NCBI GenBank assembly: GCA_964016885.1
Contig: OZ024765.1
Location: 10,354,001 to 10,418,000 of the forward strand
Origin: Eledone cirrhosa
Lineage: Eukaryota
DNA length: 64,000 nt
Direction of reading: 5' to 3'
Shown piece after piece: positions 1 through 11,490 of this stretch. A model generated the notes under the pieces. That model had not been told where the DNA came from. It did no database searches and saw nothing but the letters and a program-made list of their open reading frames with translations. The position numbers and the translations under genes are program-made. Numbering within the stretch: the first letter of the stretch is position 1; the number at the start of each line of letters is the position of its first letter.

Positions 1-649
1 ATACATAATATATTATAATATACATAATATATTATAAGATACATAATATATTATAATATACATAATATATTATAATATACATATATAATCAATATATATA
101 ATATACATATATATAATATATTATAATATATATATATATATATAATATATTATAATATATATATATATAATATAACATAATATATATAATATTAAAATAT
201 ATATATTTATATACACATATTATAAAGTCTATCTGTCACCACACTAAAAAAACCAATATGTCGAGTGAAGCCAGAATTGAACACGATTCTCCAGGCAAAT
301 TATATTTCAAAATATAATGCAACAGATTATATATGTTCTAAGTTGACATTTTTAAATGTCAAAATGCAATGAGCCTAGTTGCAAAAATCCAAAAATATAT
401 TTTTTAAAAAAAAAGAAACCACTAAATTTCCTTTATAAGTTCGACATTTCAGATTTCGTCATCAAGTTTGACAAGTCAAAAGCTATTTTAAAGTAAATTT
501 CTTTATATAAAATAAATGTTCTTTTAAACAAAGAGGAAGCCCTAGAGAATTATATAATTATATATATATTTTGTGGAAAAGATTCTCGAGTCATTTTTCG
601 CAATATTATAATAAAAAGTTATCAATTATCAGGAAACGATGCTCAAATG

Positions 650-688
<39 letters not shown>

Positions 689-985
689 TATATACATATT
701 TACATATATATATATATAAAAAAATTTTTTTTAGTATTTCAGCTAGAAAAGTTTTGGAGTTCTCCAACTAATTATGGGGTCGAGGAGGGGGTGAAATTGT
801 AATTGTGTAAATATGTTTACACAGAATAATAAGACCAAAGAAAATAACGACCAACTCTAAAGTAAAGAAAAATACAGCTTCGATTAATTAGATAATTACC
901 AAGGTATTTCAACCCACATTTGGGGGAAGAAATTTTTTTTTTTAATTTATAGCAATCAGCGACTAGAAATAAAATGTCAACTTAC

Positions 986-1018
986 CATTCTGTTGGGGAC
1001 AGCTTGGTTCATTTTAAC
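986..1018 (-). CDS. NONO: DBHS gene candidate 33-nt exon 9 (VKMNQAVPNRM)
   Basis: Acceptor taattcttttAG and consensus donor ATG|GTAAGT flank 33 stop-free nt in phase 0. Confidence 0.7.
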
Positions 1019-1834
1019 CTAAAAGAATTAAAAGTTTAAAAACTAAGAAACTGGAAACATGAAAGACTTTACAGATTAGAGACGATTCTTCAGCCTTGCC
1101 AAGAAAATATAGCCTCTAGTACTGGTGCCACAATAAATCACACCCAATACACTTTGTATAGTGGTGGTGCTGGTGTCACAATAAATGCACCAAGTGCACT
1201 GTAGATTAAGAGGTCGGCATTGGGAAAAGCAACCTGACATAGAAACCCTGTCAAATATGGAATACACAAGCCTGGTTTGCATCTCTGACCTATCTGCCAG
1301 ACTGCAACAAGAGCATCCAGCCATAGAAACCCTGCCAAATACACAACACACTAGCCTGATGCGTATATCTGACTGGTCCAGTCACGGACAGTGATAACCC
1401 GTCCATCCGAATGCCAGCATGAAAAGACAACATGCTTCTGACAATGAGAAAAAAAAAACAAAAAAAAAAAACAAAAAAAATCATGATCACTGTTGAAAGT
1501 CCATTTTTTCCATGGTAACATGGGTAAGATGAGTTCTTTTGAGACATGCCAGATGAGATGACAGTGTCTTGCTCATACAGGACTGATTTTGGCTTGGTTT
1601 CTACAGCTGGATGCCATCCTAACATCCACCACACAATGTGTACTGGGTGCCTTTTGTCATGACAGCTACATGACCACCTTACAGTGTGGACAGAGTGCTT
1701 TTTGTCATGATACTGACACAAGCACAACTACTTTACAGAGTGGACTAGGCGCTAGGGTATAGGAGGTGAATGGAAATTGGAGAGGTAGATCTCGGGTAGG
1801 GTAAAAAGAAAAAAATAATTGATTCAGTACTTAC

Positions 1835-1990
1835 CATAGAATTTGCAGTCATTCCACCACCTGCAGGCCCACCACCCATATTGGAATTGCTAGTATTTCC
1901 ACTGCCTCCAGGTCCACCACCCATGTTCTGGCCTCCCATCGGTCCCTGATTGCTGTAGTTGTAACCGCCACTCATACTTCCACCGGTCAT
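1835..1990 (-). CDS. NONO: DBHS gene coding exon 8 (G/M/N-rich)
   Basis: MTGGSMSGGYNYSNQGPMGGQNMGGGPGG...ANSM. Acceptor ttttctAG, donor ATG|GTAAGT; 156 nt, phase 0-0. Confidence 0.88.
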
Positions 1991-2327
1991 CTAGAAAATT
2001 GTAGTTAAACGGTCAGTCAATTAGTCTATACGCATACAGATTCATGCATGCAACACATACATATTCATACAGAGACACACAAATATATATATACATACAT
2101 GCAAATATACATACATACATACATACATACGAGGGTAGGCTGAAATATTCATTGCGTGACTATGGAGGTCTGATGCTAGCACTGAACTCTTGCAAAGATT
2201 AATTTCAACTCTTCTTAATAATTGTGTTTCTTTCAAGGGACTATGTTGAAAAATATTGCTACTCCAGTTCACAAACTGGAGTCCGCAAAGATAGGACTGA
2301 ATGTTTCTAAGTTCAGACTTTCAAATG

Positions 2328-2607
2328 CAGTGGAACTTCAGTTTACAAACAATTTTTCCAAACATCTGGTCTCATGAACAGTGTCTCAAGTAAACAACAC
2401 AGAAGCTGGCAACAACAGTTAGCAGCAAGCTGGGAGTATCAGCTAGAAGGCATCACTTGCTGTGTAGTTAGTTACTATGGTGATATCTATCTGTCTTTCA
2501 GTCTTTCACAGTCTCTCTCACACACTGAATTTCTCTCTCACCGAACATTTTGGGTGATGAACGACCTTCAGGAATGAATTTAGTTCATGAACCCAAGTTC
2601 TACTGTA
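2328..2607. mobile_element. Tigger/pogo-like MITE
   Basis: Degenerate TIRs CAGTGGAAC(C/T)TC(G/A)GTT. Relatives at about 9720-10000, 50860-51000 and 53909-54229. Confidence 0.6.
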
Positions 2608-3241
2608 CTTCATTAAAAACAATGTACACATCCTATTATTGGGTATCCATGTTTCCAAGAATAAACATTTCTCTTTTGATTATTGTTCTTGCGGCATGGA
2701 AGAGCATCAGTTTAGAAACCATGCCAAACAAAAGTTTGAGAAGATTCTATTGTGTCAATGGCATGACAGACTCAATGTTAGTACCACAATAAAATACACC
2801 CAGTTCACTTTGTTAAGTGGTTGGTGTTAGAAAGGGCATCCGACTGAACAAAATTACTGTGGGAAAATCCATTATACACAACTGCATGAAATCACTCTTG
2901 GCTTTATCACACAAAGCTGCTTATTAAAGTGTTTATATTTGTCTAAAAACTTTTCATCAATTTTATATAGGAACCTTCAGTTTCAAAAGGTTATATATTT
3001 ATATTTATCAAATAAATTTCAATCATAATTTTAAACAAAAACCTTAGTTAAGTTATGACCCAAACAAGTAAAATAACAAGGTTAGTAATATAACTAAATC
3101 CTTCCAAACTCTTGATTATTTTCAAAATTATTAGAAAGTCATGTTTAAATGAAACGAGACACAAATATACAATTTTTTTTTAACTGTAATATATAACACA
3201 ATACAGATTTTTTTTTTTGTGTTATTAAAGGCGAAAATTAC

Positions 3242-3367
3242 CTGATTCTGGCCAGGTCTGTCTAGTCCCATGGCAGCAGGAGGTGGGGGTGGAGGTGGGA
3301 GAGGGGGTGCACCAGTATTGGTATTTCTGCCCCTCTGTTGATTATCATTCATTGCTGGACTACCACC
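3242..3367 (-). CDS. NONO: DBHS gene coding exon 7 (poly-Pro low-complexity)
   Basis: GGSPAMNDNQQRGRNTNTGAPPLPPPPPPPAAMGLDRPGQNQ. Acceptor ctctgtAG, donor CAG|GTAATT; 126 nt, phase 0-0. Confidence 0.88.
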
Positions 3368-4269
3368 CTACAGAGGAAAAATAGAAGGCGAAGCTACTAG
3401 TGTCTTCTATATCAAACACAGACCAACAACAGACAACAGATAAGGCTAACATGCTACAGCTAGTGTTGTCTATATGAATAATGTGGACACAAGCACCATT
3501 GAATTGTTAAGAAGTTTGCTTCACCATCATGGGGTTTCGAGTTTGATCTCATGGTGTGACACAATTGTCTTTATAAACAGCCTCAAGTTGACCCATCCAT
3601 TCTCTCTATCCTTCTCTGGAAGAAATCTGCTGCGTTTAAACCTGGAGAGATGGGCACCACCAGATCTTTAAAATGCCTGAGAAACGCTATAAATCAATAC
3701 AGAAACCCTATAATTCCAACAGGAGTTATGGGAACATGCATGCAAGTTGACCCAAGCCTTGTAAGTGATGTAACACAAAGGTGCAGCCTTTGTCAAATTA
3801 TGTCAGACTTACATTATTTGCAATTCCATACAGGGTACATGCTCCAGTCAATTCGATTGTATCTGAATTCAAAAGTTCGGCCTTGTCACATATTGTGTCA
3901 TGGTTATGACACATCTGTGGCATACTCAACCACTTCACATTAATTCATGGATTGGATGTACAGCTGATAAAACAACAATGTTCCCAGTCTGTCTAAGGAG
4001 GCATCATTAATAGACCAACATACTAACAAATGACTAATTCAACAATAGACCAACACACAATAGCTGTCTCTTTTTAAAATACACCATTTATTGTTACATG
4101 TGTTAACAATAAGAATGTTAGTTATTTTAGTAAACAAATCCCTCAAAATTATTAGGAAACCATAGGCAGTGTCTTTCATTAGATATATGGTAATGGAAAA
4201 GCTAATTATAGAAATGGAAACAATGTAGGGCAGATACATCTTGAGTTTTTGATGGGGAAATGATCTCTC

Positions 4270-4850
4270 TAGTGCTGGGGCCCAGAATAAAGCACATTTA
4301 GTACTCTTGTATGGCTGGTATTAAGGGCACCCTGTTGTAAAAACACACCAAACAAAGGGATACAAGAACTCTTCAGTTGTGTCAAAAATATATGATATCC
4401 TCAATAGAGCTGGTGCCACAAGAAAGTACACCCAGTTCACTCTGTAAAGTGGTTGGTGTTAAGTGCATCCAGCCATGAAATCCACACCAAACAAAGGGTT
4501 CAGAGAACTCTTCAGTTGTCAAAGACAAGACAGCCCCCTAGCGCTGGTGCCACAATAAAATGCACCCAGTTCACTCTGTAAAAGTGGATGGTGATTAGAA
4601 AGGCATCCATGTGTAAAAACAATATTAAACAAAGTGTTGAAAGGGCACTTCAGTTATATCAAAAACATGACAATCCTTGTAGTGCCGGTGCCACAATAAA
4701 ATATACCCAGTTCACTCTGTAAAAGTGAATAAAGTCAGGAAGGGCATCCAGCCATAGAACCATGCCACAGGATTGAGAAGGCTTTTCAATTATGTCAAAG
4801 ACCTGACAACCCTCATAACGCAGGTCATAATAAAATGCACCCAGTACAAT
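4270..4850 (+). repeat. Degenerate ~120-bp tandem copies of the SINE/LINE tail module in intron 6
   Basis: Repeated GCTGGTGCCACAATAAAATGCACCCAGTTCACTCTGTAAAGTGG...GGGCATCCAGCC, about 5 copies. Confidence 0.75.
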
Positions 4851-4941
4851 GAAAAGGTATTAGTAAAATTTAAAAATTAAAAAGGAAAGGAAAAGGGAAC
4901 AGTAAAAAAAAATTTTTTTTTAAATTACACGAAGTATTTAC

Positions 4942-5083
4942 CTGTCTTCCCATCATATCTCCTGGGCGATCCCTACCCATAGACTCTTGTCCCATCTGTC
5001 TACGACGGATTTCTTGGGATCTTAAGAGTAGGTCTGTGCGTCTCCGGTCGTCTTCTTGCCTCCGCCTTTCTTCGTCCTGACGC
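4942..5083 (-). CDS. NONO: DBHS gene coding exon 6 (charged helix end)
   Basis: RQDEERRRQEDDRRRTDLLLRSQEIRRRQMGQ...GRQ. Acceptor aacAG, donor CAG|GTAAAT; 142 nt. Confidence 0.9.
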
Positions 5084-5202
5084 CTGTTTGGGAATCAATT
5101 TAAGAGAAAACCTTGTGTTAAGTAAGAAACCTCTATAATGCCGGTCAAAGAAAGGGGCACACACTACATTTAACTTTCCACTGAAAAAAGATAACAATTC
5201 AC

Positions 5203-5290
5203 CTCATTTCCAGCTCTTGCCTACGGCGGATCTGTTCTTGTTGGCGGATTTCTTCAAGTCTTCGAAGTTCTTCCTGTTGTCGCAATAAAT
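5203..5290 (-). CDS. NONO: DBHS gene coding exon 5 (coiled coil)
   Basis: DLLRQQEELRRLEEIRQQEQIRRRQELEM. Donor AG|GTGAAT; 88 nt. Confidence 0.92.
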
Positions 5291-5496
5291 CTTCAGAGAA
5301 AATAAGAGAAAAACAAAATGATTGGTGAAAATGTTGGGGATGGTGCAATGATAGATGTCAAATTGAGCCCATCATGTGCACATGCGCATGTATTTCCATC
5401 TATCTTCAGCTTGTTTTCACTTGAGCAACAATATCATAGAACATATGTATCAGTCATTGATACACTGATCTGTGATCATGCATGCATCAGTAGGTA

Positions 5497-5767
5497 ATGT
5501 CAGTTTATCAATCAAGCCACACTGATCTAATGTCAGTTTATCATTCAAGCAACACTGATCTAAAGTCAGTTTATCAATCAAACCACACTGATCTAAAGTC
5601 AGTTTATCAATCAAACCACACTGATCTAATGTCAGTTTATCAATCAAGAAACACTGATCTAAAGTCAGTTTATCAATCAAACCACACTGATCTAAAGTCA
5701 GTTTATCAATCAAACCACACTGATCTAATGTCAGTTTATCAATCAAGCCACACTGATCTGATGTCAG
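5497..5767. repeat. 33-bp minisatellite, about 8 copies, in intron 4
   Basis: Unit TCAGTTTATCAATCAAACCACACTGATCTAAAG; a degenerate extension runs to about 5965. Confidence 0.95.
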
Positions 5768-5984
5768 TGACAGTGATTTGAGATCAGTTTATGAATCAAG
5801 AGGTATCTGTGATTGTGTATATATCAGTCAGCAACAGTGATCTGAGTGTATTAAACAGCAAGTGATCTGATCACTGTATTAACCAGCAAATGATCCGAGA
5901 TCGCATATGTCAGCAACAATAATCTAGAATCAGTGTGTCAGCCAGCATCAATGATCCGTGATCAACAATAAACCAAAGATGTAC

Positions 5985-6181
5985 CTTGACGGATCATTTC
6001 AGCTTGTTGCTCAAACATAGCATTTTCCATTTCATCTTCCAATTTGAGGCGAGATTCTTCCATAGCTTTCTTGACACCTTCGTGCTGCTGTTTTTCAAGT
6101 TCTTCAAGTTCCTTCCAGCGTAGACCAAACTCATATTCAAAAGAGCCTGGAGGGGCAAAACGAGGTTCTGATTCTCTGTCC
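5985..6181 (-). CDS. NONO: DBHS gene coding exon 4 (NOPS and coiled coil)
   Basis: DRESEPRFAPPGSFEYEFGLRWKELEELEKQQ...EQQAEMIRQ. Acceptor tacAG, donor AAG|GTACAT; 197 nt. Confidence 0.94.
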
Positions 6182-7006
6182 CTGTAATTATTAATATTAT
6201 TATTAAGATAAATATCTTGTGGTGAAACATAAACAGTATGTTAAATCTTTCGTGTAAGAACCTTTGTTAAGTTATGTTCCAAACACCGACAATGAGAAAG
6301 TTGGCTACATAATCAAATGCCCCCAAATTTCTTTTTTGAGAATTATTTCTTATGTTCTAAACACCAACTTAGTAATAAAGTTTGTTATATTAACTTAATC
6401 CCTACAAATTCTTTATATTCAAAATGACTTGAAAATTATAGGCAGTGTCTTTTATTAAAATTATGGCATGGAAAATGTTTTAGATAAAATAAATAGCTTT
6501 GTAATATAAAATAAGGGCCCGTTTCAGACAGTTTGGTATCAAATATGTTAAGAAATATTGAGAAAGCGTATTTTAAGGCGGCAAATTGGTCGTTAGAACA
6601 TCATGTAGTGTGCTTTGAAGTATTCCTTTCAGCTCTCAGACTTCAAATCCTGCTGAAGTCAACTTTGCCATTCATCCATTCAAGGTTGATAAAAAAAAAA
6701 GTACCAGTCAAATACCGGAGTTGATTCTTCCTTTATCTCTCTTTCTCACTTCCATTCTCTCACTATCTATCCTTCTCTGAAAGAAATCTGCTGTAGTCAG
6801 ACCTTGAGAGGGATGGGCTCTGTCTGGTTTTAAAATGCCCCCAAACCAATGTATGTTAATACGGCATGCCCCTTCAACTCCATAAGAAGTTATGGGACCA
6901 TGCATGCAAAAAGTATATTAACCCTTTCATTGCAATATTTCTAATGAAAGTCTTGTTTCAAATAATTCTCAAGTAAATCTAGGTTTTTATTCAGTCCATG
7001 TTCCAA

Positions 7007-7217
7007 TTAACCCTTTAGCATTTACATTCTCTATATATACTATTGCATTTTTATGGCAAAGCTTTACCTAACATGTCGAATCTGAGATTTTGATGGTATT
7101 TATTTGAGAACAATATCTTAACATAAGTATGAGTGGCCAGTTACGATCGGTTTAAACAGAAAGAAGAGGTGAGAGAATTCTGGCCGAATACAGCCAGTTT
7201 AAATGCTAATGGGTTAA
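7007..7217. mobile_element. piggyBac-type MITE (TTAA-CCCTTTAGCATT...AATGCTAAAGGG-TTAA family)
   Basis: TTAA flanks and CCC/GGG termini. Other copies at about 7840-8015, 8537-8717, 10350-10510, 51228-51456, 59533-59759, 59887-60284 and 63154-63378. Confidence 0.8.
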
Positions 7218-7508
7218 GCCTTCTATTCCCATGTTTCTAATGAAAGGAACTATCCTTCAATTTACAAATACTTTTTTTTTTTCCCATAGATAATTTAAGC
7301 TGTCAGTAAAATAACTTTCTCATTAATAAAGTAATGTTTGGAACTTAACAGATCCTTATGTTATATTATGGTGGAAGATTTTTAGGTTAATATAAACACT
7401 TTCAAATAGAATAGCATAGAAAGACGAGGTAATTTTTTTTTAACGTTTACAGGGAGGTAAAAATATAAAGAGAATAAAATTTTGATGAAAGAAAAAATAT
7501 ATACTCAC

Positions 7509-7604
7509 TTTTTGTAGGCATCAGTCTTATTGATGAATTTTTCTGGATAGCCATCTTCCTCATCCTTCTGGTCAAGTGGTTCTACTGTCACTGGACGTGG
7601 AGCA
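7509..7604 (-). CDS. NONO: DBHS gene coding exon 3 (NOPS start)
   Basis: Acceptor ttctttcaAG. APRPVTVEPLDQKDEEDGYPEKFINKTDAYK. Donor AA|GTGAGT; 96 nt, phase 2-2. Confidence 0.93.
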
Positions 7605-8886
7605 CTTGAAAGAAATATGAAGATGTTTTAACATAACTCAATAATAGTGATTGTACTTTTAAAAAAAATGAACATTAACTCTTAACATACTGCATGAAGC
7701 TCTATGAGTAAAACATTCTTGAAAAGTATGAAACAACACTGTGAATGCATCACATTAAAATTTTAGGTCTTTACAGTAATACTGAGGCAGCAAATTGGCA
7801 AGAGTTGTTAGAACATCAGAGAGAATGCTTTATGATATTCAGCCAGAATTATCTCACCTCTTTCTGCCGTTAAGGTGTTGTTCACAAAATAAGCAATAAA
7901 TATCAAAATCTCGTAGATTTGATATTATTATGTGAGATAATTAAGTAAGATAATACCTTTACCACAAAAATACCATAGTATATATATAGAGTAATATAAA
8001 TGCTAAAAGGTTAAATCTTCAGTCTAATGCTGCAAGTTTTCATAAGATTCTTTTGAAAACTAAAGATACTAGCATTTAAATTACAGTATTCTTTTGTGTA
8101 TACTGCAGTTTTTTTTTCACGTTTTTCCTTGTAGTAGACGTCCTAACTATTGGTAACTAGGCTTTTCCAAACATTTTTCTAGTCAAAATAGGATCACGTT
8201 TTACACAAAATACAGTAAGAGGCCTGTTTTTAGATATTTTCTGTTAAATTATTACAGGATGTTATTGCCCTCGTAAGGATAAAAGGCAAAGCTAATCTTG
8301 GCAGGATTTGAACTCAGGTCCATAACTATATGATGCGAAGCATGTTCTATGGTCTATCGTGACTGCCATATTCACTGCTTTATCATTACAATAATAATTG
8401 TTCCTACTTTTGGCACAAGACCAGCAATTATCCGAGTGCATTACTGGTACTTTATTTTATCAACCTCGATCAGTACAATAATAATGGTTTCTGATTTAAG
8501 CACAAGGCCAACAATTTTGGGAGAGGGGAAAGCTGATTAACCCTTTAGCATTTAAACAGACCATATCCAGCCAGTTCTGGCTCCCCCATACTGACTGTAA
8601 GGTATTGTTGTCAAAATAAATAATATCAAAATCTCAGATTCGATATTATGTGAGGTAAAGCCTTTACCATAAAAATACAACAGTAAATACAGAGTAATAT
8701 AAATGCTAAAGGACTAAATCAACCCCAGTGCATTACTGGTACTATGGTACTATATTTTACCAATCTCATTAGGATGAAAGCTAACCGCGGCAAGATTTGA
8801 AGCTGCAAAGCATGTTCTAACGTGTTTACTAAGAGTTCTGTAAAATTATGACAAGCAATAGAGAAAGAGAAAAAAAGCCTACTTAC

Positions 8887-9188
8887 GATGATAAAAGAAA
8901 AACTCCTTCAGTAATTCTCTTATATGCAGCCTGTGCACCAGGCTTTCTTGCAAACTCTACAATTCCTTCGCCTGTTGGTCGGCCTCTATCATCAACTATA
9001 ACCACTGCTCGTTCTACTTCACCAAACTGGGAAAAGGCTTGATGCAACAATTCATTAGAAACGTGTTGTGAGAGATTCTTCACTTTTAAGGCAGAACCTA
9101 ATGATGCATAACGAACACGCAGTGTCCTTCCCTTGCGTTGCATGCCATCAAGAGCAGCTTTTGCAGCCTCTGCATTGTGACGATAATC
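8887..9188 (-). CDS. NONO: DBHS gene coding exon 2 (end of RRM1, RRM2)
   Basis: Acceptor ttttctgtAG|[18 protein letters not shown]...[25 protein letters not shown]...FLLS. Donor TC|GTAAGT; 302 nt. Confidence 0.95.
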
Positions 9189-10076
9189 CTACAGAAAAGA
9201 GAAATCAATATTAATTTATAATTTACAACAAATTTGTTAATATTCAACTTTGCATGAAGTTATCATTCAGAATGTGACTATAATGGGGCATATAAACACT
9301 ATAAAGGATTGGGTAAGAGTACCAAAGTGCAGTGTAGTGAAACAACTTGAAACTGAAGTTCCAAATAGAAAAACTAAATCTCACGAATAATCTTCATTAA
9401 ACAAAAATCATCCATTGTAAAATGTTCATTTTTTTAATTAAAATCTTTCAACATGCTTGTTACTATCATAATGAAATAACTACGAAATCCATCCAAATTC
9501 CTCATTAATTAAATAAAACTTCTCATTAGAAATAACATCACATTGTCAATCTCTTATCTATAATAAGAACTGATCCTAAATAATGGTTTCTGTGCTATCT
9601 TTTTAATGTTTCCAACACTGGAAACAGTCCAAGCTAAACCGATGCCAAGACTTTTATTCCAACAAGATACAAGACACCAATCAATATGTATTGAAAAAAA
9701 TCCAAATCTTTCAGTGATAGAGTGGAACCTCAGTTCACAAACTGAATTCATTCGCGAAGGCAGTTCATCGCCAGAAATATTCATAAACTGAAATTATTTT
9801 TCTTGAGAGGAATACATTGAGAGAAAGACATAGATATCACTATAGTAACTAACTACACAGGCAAGTGACGCTTTCCCGCTGATATTCCCAGCTTTTGTCA
9901 CCCAACAGCTTGCATGTTCATTACACAAGATAATGTTCCTCACCCGAAACGTTTTATGTTCAGAAAAATTATTCATGATGCGAGGCATTCATGAACTGTA
10001 CAAAGTTTATTGTATTAAAGTGTTCATATTTAAAAACCTTCCATCATCATAAATGCCCCAGAGCACTGTCCAATGC

Positions 10077-10343
10077 AGTGATTCCCAAATGGTGCATGGC
10101 GAGATGCAACAAGATGCACTGTAAAAGACTAAGATTTAAGTTTTAAGATGTGAAAAATACAAACTGAAATTCGTATGAAAGTTCATATATAGCTGTCAAG
10201 TTGGTTAGGGGAAAATGGACCAAGAACCTTTTAACTCTTATGTCATAAATTTGAAAATTAATTCCAAAAAGTGCACCAGTTTATTTAAAATTTTTCAGAA
10301 ATGCGCCATGATTAACAAAAAAAAAAAATCTTGGGAACCACTG
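10077..10343. mobile_element. hAT/Charlie-like MITE
   Basis: TIRs CAGTGATTCCCAA and TTGGGAACCACTG; no intact TSD. Confidence 0.55.
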
Positions 10344-11094
10344 CTTTAAAACCCTTTCACAGAAAAGGCTTTATTTCACATAATATCGATTCTATGAGAT
10401 TTTGATCTTTATTTTGTGAACAATACCTTAACGTCAGTATGAGCAGACAGTTATGACCAGTTTGAACAGAAAGAGGTGAGAGAATTCTGGTTTAAATGCT
10501 AAAGGGTTAATGATTCTGACAATTCTCTTGTTGCAGTTTGTCTTTATAATCTTGATACAAGCTGGATATCTTTACCTTATTCATACAAAACCACCTAAAA
10601 ACAAACCCTGGTTCTATGATAGTAAATTGTTTATTTCATAGTGTTTATATTTAAATCTCAAAACCTTCCATCACAATTTTTGTAACAACCTTTGTTGATT
10701 TATGTTCCAATAATGAGAAAATCAACTATATCACTAAATCCCAGGTTATTTTCAAAATCACCATAGGCCAGTTTTTAAATGTAAAAAGGGTGGTCTAATT
10801 TATTATGATGATCGCTGGGTAATGAAATCACAGAGACTCACAAAGAGAAACACAGCTAGTGGAGAGATCCTGTACTGAAAAGGGCCTGTACAACCCATGT
10901 AGGCATTGAAAAATGGATGTAAAAACAATGAAGTTACCTTCCTATTAGATTTGTTGCATTTTTAAATTACATTAACCCTTTTGATATCAACTTGGTCAAA
11001 ACCAGTTCTGGTTCTATAAAACAAAACCACTCATTTTAAAGGGTTTCTATTTAAATTAAATCATTCCAAAATAATTTTACTGGTTACAAATACC

Positions 11095-11490
11095 CTCCTG
11101 ATAATGGTTTCTGATTTAGGAACAAGGCTAACAATTTTTAGAGAGGAGGAAAATCCATGAAATCGATCAGCCCCAGAAGGATGAAAGGCAAAGCTAGCCT
11201 CGGTGGGATTTGAATTCAAAACGTAAAGGGACATAATTATGCTGCAGAGTATGTTGTCCGATGGTCTACTGATACTACCAATCCACTGCTGCCCCCACAA
11301 ATACCATCTTAATAATTGTTTCTACTTTTGGCACAAGGCCAGCAATTACCCAGTACATTACTGGTACTTTATTTTATCGATTCCCATAAGGATGAAAGCC
11401 AAAGTTAACCTCGGCGGGATTTGAACTCAGACCGTAAAGGGACGTAACTATACTGGAAAGCATCTCTACCGATACTGCCAAACCACCGGC
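11095..11490 (-). mobile_element. Two tandem copies of a tRNA-derived SINE (GCCTTTCATCCTT...GTCGATAAAATAAAGTACCAG family)
   Basis: B-box-like GAGTTCAAATCC and a shared central domain. Further copies at about 11980-12150, 28135-28310, 32730-32838, 41305-41418, 54850-55006 and 56820-57070. Confidence 0.8.

Noticed and set aside
5450-5781. Repeat-protein ORFs (IDKLTLDQCGL / SVYQSNHTDLK)
   Set aside because: By-product of a 33-bp intronic minisatellite; exons 4 and 5 join in phase without it.
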